This document shows, one piece after another, positions 35,621 to 41,600 of a stretch of 41,600 bases of DNA. Source of the stretch: a virus (Duplodnaviria > Caudoviricetes). The notes under the pieces were generated by a model. The model ran no database searches and was not told where the DNA came from. It was given only the letters and a program-made list of their open reading frames with translations. Position 1 is the first letter of the stretch. The number at the start of each line of letters is the position of its first letter. Position numbers and translations under genes: made by a program. The stretch lies in the IMG/VR virus record IMGVR_UViG_3300032116_000469, positions 1-41,600 of that record; one strand, written 5' to 3'.

Positions 35621-36771
35621 TATTGACCTCCACCGCCTGTGGTAGTGGTTTTCTTAGGAAAGAAAAAGCCGTTGACAGCATTTGCGCCCTGTCTAATCAC
35701 ACTAGGTCCGCCGCCTTTTAATACTTCTCTGGCTACCCCAATGCCTTCTTCGATTGCGGCCTGTTTTAATCCGCCTCGCTTGAAAGTTTCAAAGGTGCGA
35801 CCGGCCTTGGCAATGGCACCTACCACATCGCCTTTGACCATGAGATCTTCATAGATACCTATGCCTGCATCTACCAGACCACCTTGACCCAGTATGCTGC
35901 GTGTGCCTCCAGGACGTTGCAGTGGACTTGGACCTTGATCGTAACGATTAGGATCAGCAAAGCCCTTGACAAAGTCTGCTGGACGACTGCCACCTATAGC
36001 ACCAGAATAGTATTTTACAGTTTCGTATTCGAACTCGACCTGATTGGTCATTAGTTCATTGCTGGCATATTCATAGGTGTCATGTGTCCAACTTTTGATC
36101 ATTGGATTGATCAACACATACTCGACAAATTTCTTTTGATTGAAGCCGTAAATTCTAATATCTTTGAAGAATGGGGGCTTGCCGCCCAGTGTGTCAGAGC
36201 CGGTTGTGTCCGAAAAGCTTTCGCCTATGAATCCCCAGTCATTGACATTGCCCACACGTTCATCCGAATAAGCGTCTCTGGCATTGTAGCTGAAGCCGGC
36301 CTGTCTGTTGGCATTGTTACCGCTGGTGCCATTGGTATTGGCCTGACTGTCATAGGCCTGTGTTGGATCTTTGTAGTAGTAGCTCATGTAAGCATACCAC
36401 AAACTACGAATCAAATCACCACCATCGTCGTGAAATACAGCTCTAATGCCTTTGTAATTCAGTTTGGTTTGAACTATGCGTTTACGATTGTATTGATTCA
36501 TGGTTTCGGTTGAAATATCGTAACGCGGCAGGTCAATTGATTTGACCAAAAGGCCAATGGTAGCGACGCCTGATGTAGCGTCACTACCAAATAAAACTTT
36601 CAACCTTGGAATTTGACCAATGTTTACATTAAAGTAAACATGATAAAGAAACTTATGACGAGGCGCCAGCTCGTAACCGTTTGTAGTAAACGTCTTGCTG
36701 GCGTGCCTGTAGTCTCTGAGAAAATCATTCCCAAAGAAGCCTTTGAGGAAGTCCTGCCCCCAAGTGGCCAT
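35620..36771 (-). CDS. Tail-tube-like baseplate/tube initiator (gp54/gp48-like)
   Basis: VKSIDLP...NQYNRK...Y..I...F.DD and NP.I......Y......V.F.YE tube-fold motifs; follows the tube gene. Confidence 0.65.
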   Translation of the reverse strand: MATWGQDFLKGFFGNDFLRDYRHASKTFTTNGYELAPRHKFLYHVYFNVNIGQIPRLKVLFGSDATSGVATIGLLVKSIDLPRYDISTETMNQYNRKRIVQTKLNYKGIRAVFHDDGGDLIRSLWYAYMSYYYKDPTQAYDSQANTNGTSGNNANRQAGFSYNARDAYSDERVGNVNDWGFIGESFSDTTGSDTLGGKPPFFKDIRIYGFNQKKFVEYVLINPMIKSWTHDTYEYASNELMTNQVEFEYETVKYYSGAIGGSRPADFVKGFADPNRYDQGPSPLQRPGGTRSILGQGGLVDAGIGIYEDLMVKGDVVGAIAKAGRTFETFKRGGLKQAAIEEGIGVAREVLKGGGPSVIRQGANAVNGFFFPKKTTTTGGGGQ

Positions 36772-36774
36772 GGG

Positions 36775-37392
36775 TTAGCCTGTGATAACTGTGCCTACCG
36801 TACGACCGACTGTGGCGCCAATGCCAGAGCCAATTGGAGTCTGGATAGCGTTATCAAAGCGCATAGTCATTGCGATAGTTACTGGACCGCTGTCACCGTA
36901 GTTTAAGTCATTCCAGTTAACACCAGACACCAAGCATCCGTACAGCTCCCAGGTTTCTAGCGCAGTAGGTGCATTAGCACCGTTACCGCCATCAAGCACT
37001 TCACAACGTGTAGTAAACTTGTAGTCGATACCTGAGGCTGCACTGGCCTGTTCCATCATGTCCATCTGTTTCTGGACCTGCTCACCTACCAAACGTGCTA
37101 CTTGACCGCTGGCATCATCACGGAAGTTGACAGTGATTTCCTGCCACTCGTGTTTGCCTGCATAGTAGATCTTGCTGTTATAGATATCAATAGTCTGTGT
37201 GTCAAAAGTCACATTAGGACGAGTGAAATCCATAACCTGTTTAGTCAGTTCTGTACGTGGTGTGCTTACACCAAAGTTTTCAAATATCACTCTAAAGCGA
37301 TATTTCAGTTTAGGCATGAGCAGACCCTGGGTACTAGACGATTGATCGCTAGCCAGTGGTACTGTCATTCTTGTCAAGGACGCAACTGCCAT
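36775..37392 (-). CDS. Tail tube protein (gp19-like)
   Basis: YRFRV.F, RP, YAGK..W..IT..F.DD, W.L.GC, L.Y, ..RFDNA; directly follows the sheath gene. Confidence 0.9.
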   Translation of the reverse strand: MAVASLTRMTVPLASDQSSSTQGLLMPKLKYRFRVIFENFGVSTPRTELTKQVMDFTRPNVTFDTQTIDIYNSKIYYAGKHEWQEITVNFRDDASGQVARLVGEQVQKQMDMMEQASAASGIDYKFTTRCEVLDGGNGANAPTALETWELYGCLVSGVNWNDLNYGDSGPVTIAMTMRFDNAIQTPIGSGIGATVGRTVGTVITG

Positions 37393-37425
37393 TTTTAGTC
37401 TCCTGTTCTCATCTATTTATCACTA

Positions 37426-40400
37426 TTAAACCGGCTGGCTTGACGACGTATTGCCAGCGGCTATCTCACCCGTATTCTTGATGCGAACTGGGATGTAGAT
37501 AAACTCAACTGCCTTGACAGGTTCGATAGCAATATCAACGTACAGCTCGTTACGATCAATACGTGCTGGTGTATTGTTGCTTTCGTCACAAACAACCAAG
37601 TAGTCATATATGCCGCGCTTGGCTACTAGATCATTCATTAGACCTTCAATGGTGTTCTTGATTTCGTCACGTGTTACTTGATCGTTTGGTTCAAACAAGA
37701 ACTGATTACCAATTTCAGTTAGTCTACCGCGGATAAACGCAATCAGACGAGCTACATTGATACGATCAAGTGCGCTGGCCACAGCCTGTGTAGTCTTGTT
37801 ACCATAGTTAACAATACCTACGCCAGGAATGAAAGTCAACGGATTTACACGGTTTTCATACAGTGTGTCACGCAGGCCAAGTCGTGTGGCAATCTGCTGG
37901 AATTCGCCTGTGGCTGCATCAATATAACCAATAGCTGATGCGTTGTCTACTGTGCCACGACGTGTACCGGCTGGTGCCAACCACGGGAATGCCACTTCAT
38001 CGTTGCGCACAATTGTACGCAGTAACATATGGCTTGGTGGTTGTACCACTGTGCTGCCACTTAGATCGGTGGTCTGGCAACTTGGATAGAATACACCTAG
38101 GTATGGGCTAGCTGTGTTTAGACCATCGCCATCTGGTACGCCAAGGCCGCCTGCATCAGTTGCCCAATATGTAATTGCTGTGCCGGTGTCTTCGAGACGT
38201 AGCGGTGTATCACCAATAATAAACGCAGTGTTGTTACGCTCGTTGTTTAGAGCCACCATGTTAACCATGAGTTCTGGATACTGCGGGCAAGCAATCAAAT
38301 TAAATTGACGCTGTTCTTCTCTCAGTTCGGTATTGGTGTCAATTGCCGACTTCATGGCCTGCACTACCAGGTTACGAACTGCCTTACGACCCATGAATGG
38401 GCTACCGTCGTCCTTGAGTCCGCTAACTGTCAACCAGGTATCTTTGACCGCTGGCAAGGTATCGTCTGGATAGCTAGTAGCATTAAAGTAATTGCTTTGA
38501 TAGCTCTTGACGTTGAATCCGCTACGACGGCTGTTAAACAGCAGCATGCCATCTGGATATAGTGATGGGTCTGGTGCGTCAAGATCCAAGTAATCAGATG
38601 TGGTCAATGTGCTGATTGGTATGATGTCGCCGGTTACAATATCAGTTGAACCGCTGTTGTCCCAACGTGCATCAGCAAACAGAATACCGTTCTGTCCAGT
38701 GTTATCAGTGTTGTCAATTAACACCCACTGATCAACCGAATCAACGTTCTGCCAACGATAGATCATTGGATAGTTTTCTAGATCACTGGTGTCAACCCAG
38801 ATGTCGCCATAAACCAATGGTGTATCATCGCTTTGTGCGGTTGGTGCAGATGCGGCACAAATTGGACCGTTTGGATCGCAACCAGTTAGGTTATAACCAC
38901 GAGCGTCCAAAGTCACGTTGCGATAGCCGCGCCAGTTGGTGCCATCATGCATCATGATGTCTACTTGATCTACTGCGCTGTAGTACCAACGACGTCCATC
39001 TGCTGGGTCTTGATTTGGTTCGCTTGCGCTGGCTGTGTATGTCAATGCTACCCAGTTGCTTAGAATCAAGTTGCTGTCATTGCCGGCTCTTACACCTTCT
39101 ACTGAAGTATTAAAGCCTGCGTTAGATACTGGTGTACCAAATGTGTCTTTGAGCACAATTACACCACCGCGAGAATGTATAAACTGAATAGCACCGCTAG
39201 CGGTTACTTCAGCACTGACATCAGCAACATTAGCAAGACTTACATCTGAGCAAAAATCTGCCGCTGTAGAGCCTGTTAGTGTCACTGTCACTGGTGAAGT
39301 AAGTGCAGTATTGTTTGTCTGGCTAGCTTCGATGGTAAATGTGGTACCAATTGAAAATGCCGGAGCAGTTTCGTCACCAACAATAACGGTACGACCAGCT
39401 GTGGCACGTTCAAACAACTTCAGCGTGAAAGTATTATTTTCGCTGACATCATACTGGGTGTAGGTAGTACCTGCTGGGATGTTAATACCACCGCCAGCTG
39501 GGTCAAGTGCTTTGTTAGCACTTTGATCATTTTGATAAATTGGTGCACCTTGTTCAACGAACACGCCAAGAGTTGCATCATACTTGGATACCACCATGTT
39601 AGCGCCGTTGTTGACATTGGTAATCTTGTTCCAAACAGAACCGGTTGGCTTTGGATTGGCATCAAAGCTGCTCCAACGAGGAACTGTGTAGTGTGGACTT
39701 GCCTGGAATGCAGGTGCATAGTAGGTCTGAGCTTGAACGCCCAGATCAATAAACAGGTCTTGTGTGCCAAAGTCTAGCACAATTGCACCACCATTGGCAG
39801 TTGAACCGTCGGCAGTTGCAGTGCTGTCTGCATATAGCACCAGTCTGTTGCTGACGTTAGCAGCAACAACACCTTGGATAGTTGCAGCATTGATTGCACC
39901 TACCAAACCATTCAGTGTATTGTTAGGAGCTGCTGGAACCAGTACAGTAATACCGTTGATTACAATTGCTTCGGCAGCATTCAAAGTACCAGTTACAGTG
40001 TTGGCACCAGTGATAGTAGGAATACTCAACTTCCAGGCATCGCTACCAACTAGTACCCAGGTATTGGTGCTGTCTTTGAAATATACAGGATTGTTAGAAT
40101 TCAAAGTGTTGATTGCATAGTCACCAATGCTACCTACGCTGCTGCGTGGAGCAGTGCTAGGACTTGGTTCAATCTTGCTGCTGTCTGTGATTACAATAGG
40201 TGCTTTGAGTGAGAACGAGTTGGTAGTCAAGTTCCAGGCGAAAATGCCCCAGGCTGTATCTGCGGTGTTGAGCCAGAACGTGCCGTTAGGTGGAGCACCA
40301 GTTGGGCGTACCAGGCTGGCAGTCAATTCTGACAGGTCAATGTCTGCACGTTGAATATATGCACGATTGCTTATGCCCAAGGTCGAGTAGGCAGCTAGCA

Positions 40401-40680
40401 GGCCGTATTCGTTTAGTTCGTAACCGTTGATTGGTGTACCAGCCGAAGTCTTATAGAAGAACGGATTGCCAAATGTAGCAACCAGATCACGCTGACTGGT
40501 GATTAGATAAATGTTATTCGCATTAGCAGCCAATGTGCCTGGAGCGATGCCAGTGCCAGTGCCGTTAATTTTGTTAGCTGCGGTGGCAAGCAGAATGTAG
40601 GGAACACTATTGGTTGCCGAAGGAATATAGTTACTCTCATCGATAATAGTGACTTCTACGCCGGGTGATATCAGGGCCAT
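37426..40680 (-). CDS. Contractile tail sheath protein (gp18-like) with large insertions
   Basis: LISPGVEV...DES, FG.P, W.APAG..RG, LYENRVNP, GNKT, RINVARL, FEPND..TR, CDESNNTP, IEPVKAVEFIYI. Confidence 0.95.
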   Translation of the reverse strand: MALISPGVEVTIIDESNYIPSATNSVPYILLATAANKINGTGTGIAPGTLAANANNIYLITSQRDLVATFGNPFFYKTSAGTPINGYELNEYGLLAAYSTLGISNRAYIQRADIDLSELTASLVRPTGAPPNGTFWLNTADTAWGIFAWNLTTNSFSLKAPIVITDSSKIEPSPSTAPRSSVGSIGDYAINTLNSNNPVYFKDSTNTWVLVGSDAWKLSIPTITGANTVTGTLNAAEAIVINGITVLVPAAPNNTLNGLVGAINAATIQGVVAANVSNRLVLYADSTATADGSTANGGAIVLDFGTQDLFIDLGVQAQTYYAPAFQASPHYTVPRWSSFDANPKPTGSVWNKITNVNNGANMVVSKYDATLGVFVEQGAPIYQNDQSANKALDPAGGGINIPAGTTYTQYDVSENNTFTLKLFERATAGRTVIVGDETAPAFSIGTTFTIEASQTNNTALTSPVTVTLTGSTAADFCSDVSLANVADVSAEVTASGAIQFIHSRGGVIVLKDTFGTPVSNAGFNTSVEGVRAGNDSNLILSNWVALTYTASASEPNQDPADGRRWYYSAVDQVDIMMHDGTNWRGYRNVTLDARGYNLTGCDPNGPICAASAPTAQSDDTPLVYGDIWVDTSDLENYPMIYRWQNVDSVDQWVLIDNTDNTGQNGILFADARWDNSGSTDIVTGDIIPISTLTTSDYLDLDAPDPSLYPDGMLLFNSRRSGFNVKSYQSNYFNATSYPDDTLPAVKDTWLTVSGLKDDGSPFMGRKAVRNLVVQAMKSAIDTNTELREEQRQFNLIACPQYPELMVNMVALNNERNNTAFIIGDTPLRLEDTGTAITYWATDAGGLGVPDGDGLNTASPYLGVFYPSCQTTDLSGSTVVQPPSHMLLRTIVRNDEVAFPWLAPAGTRRGTVDNASAIGYIDAATGEFQQIATRLGLRDTLYENRVNPLTFIPGVGIVNYGNKTTQAVASALDRINVARLIAFIRGRLTEIGNQFLFEPNDQVTRDEIKNTIEGLMNDLVAKRGIYDYLVVCDESNNTPARIDRNELYVDIAIEPVKAVEFIYIPVRIKNTGEIAAGNTSSSQPV

Positions 40681-40711
40681 GGTACAATCCTTTTATAAAG
40701 TTGTTCAACAA

Positions 40712-40717
40712 TATTTA
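40712..40717 (-). promoter_or_regulatory. TAAATA late-promoter-like box before the sheath gene (representative of ~14 copies)
   Basis: The same box occurs at 37414, 34815, 34321, 29384, 26748, 23048, 21472, 19347, 13825, 8156, 8134, 5877 and 3888. Confidence 0.7.
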
Positions 40718-40753
40718 TGTGGACCGCCCTAAATCGGGTGCTATCCGGCTCCC

Positions 40754-41197
40754 TTAATTAAGGTTTTGGGTGATTTTGTCTAGCACTAGATTGATTTTTT
40801 CACGTACTACGTCAATGTTGATGGTTTGCCAAAGCCCAGGATGCAAAGGTCTAGGTATAGTACCGGCACTGACCCAGGCATAGCCAAGGTGTTCGTCGTT
40901 GAGTCTGGGAGTAAACTCGCGATCAAGCACTGACAGGAAAGTATGATATTGAAACTTGCTGTCAGGACTGGTGAACATTTCTATTGGCACTAGCTTTTTG
41001 TGTCGAGGCCAAACACCCAGTTCTTCGTGGCATTCACGCTGCATGGCTTTGATCAGGGTTTCTTTGCCGCTGACCTTACCACCGGGTAGACCCCAGCTGT
41101 TGGGATTTTTAGGATCGTTTCTTAACAGATAAAGATAGCGATCTGTTTCCAAGCAGTAAAACATCACGCCTACTGCATTTACAATACCAGACTCCAT
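40754..41197 (-). CDS. NUDIX hydrolase
   Basis: Complete Nudix box G-x5-E-x7-RECHEELG; start MESG has a GGAGG SD. Confidence 0.9.
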   Translation of the reverse strand: MESGIVNAVGVMFYCLETDRYLYLLRNDPKNPNSWGLPGGKVSGKETLIKAMQRECHEELGVWPRHKKLVPIEMFTSPDSKFQYHTFLSVLDREFTPRLNDEHLGYAWVSAGTIPRPLHPGLWQTINIDVVREKINLVLDKITQNLN

Positions 41198-41600
41198 CGG
41201 CCTCCCACGTACAGTCCTTCGTATGATTTTACCCACTCATTTCCGGTCCAACGATACTGTATATTTGTGTTAGAATTGGTTACATATTGAATGTCACGTT
41301 CAATTTGACCATTAAAAGATATATGCCAACTTCCGCCGTCAAATTCAATAATGTCGTTGGCCTTGGCCACGATAGGAACATTGCTGAACCACGCAGAAGG
41401 CGCAGTTAAAGCAGTATTATCAACACTGCCAAGATCTTCTGTAAGCAGATAACGCTGCCCTTTGGCGGCAGCGGGTAAGCCTGCTCCCGGACCGGATCTT
41501 CCCGGATCAATTATTGCGGTCAAAGGCGCTTGTGTGTTTTCAGGAATAGTGTCTATGTCTACATCAAATAGAATGAATCTGTCATCGCTGGGATGGTAGC
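41179..41600 (-). CDS. C-terminal part of a structural protein (possibly gp15-like tail completion protein), 5' truncated
   Basis: Frame is open to the window edge (YHPSDDRFILFDVDIDTIPENT...GQRYLL...ANDIIEF..G.W); identity inferred mainly from its position upstream of the sheath. Confidence 0.5.
   Translation of the reverse strand, partial: YHPSDDRFILFDVDIDTIPENTQAPLTAIIDPGRSGPGAGLPAAAKGQRYLLTEDLGSVDNTALTAPSAWFSNVPIVAKANDIIEFDGGSWHISFNGQIERDIQYVTNSNTNIQYRWTGNEWVKSYEGLYVGGRWSLVL

Noticed and set aside
294-40354. Numerous 60-150 aa ORFs antisense to or nested in the main genes (e.g. 4172..4573, 25722..26183, 30131..30538, 36082..36513)
   Set aside because: They are shadows of well-supported genes and have no motifs or convincing SD.
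1-41600. Stop-codon reassignment, tRNAs, introns or inteins
   Set aside because: Core genes (TerL, UvsX, UvsW, sheath, Gmd) are uninterrupted in the standard code, all three stops are used, and intergenic gaps are short with no cloverleaf seen.

Overview
A 41.6-kb segment of a large T4-like (myovirus-type) dsDNA phage genome. It is densely coding, mostly on the minus strand, and reads in the standard bacterial code. From right to left: a tail/head morphogenesis block (partial gp15-like gene, NUDIX, a 1084-aa tail sheath, tail tube, tube-like baseplate protein, gp4 head-completion nuclease, probable TerS); candidate head-internal proteins with T4-like capsid-targeting N-termini; fibre/lectin virion proteins; TerL; a gp32-UvsX-UvsY recombination module; a ~10.5-kb bidirectional glycan biosynthesis island (about 8 glycosyltransferase-like genes, 2 methyltransferases, Gmd, a nucleotidyltransferase-cupin fusion); an isolated AAA+ cassette; UvsW; and a gp62-like gene. 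A TAAATA late-promoter-like box recurs before structural genes, often only 4-7 nt from the ATG, and also at both divergent junctions of the glycan island. This suggests a late-expressed, possibly virion-glycosylating system, which is the best candidate for an undescribed system. Other highlights are an 892-aa modular protein punctuated by prohead-protease-like sites, a repeat/hairpin leader on gp32, tandem palindromic operators, and nested early/late promoters. All product calls come from motif recognition by eye; no searches were run.
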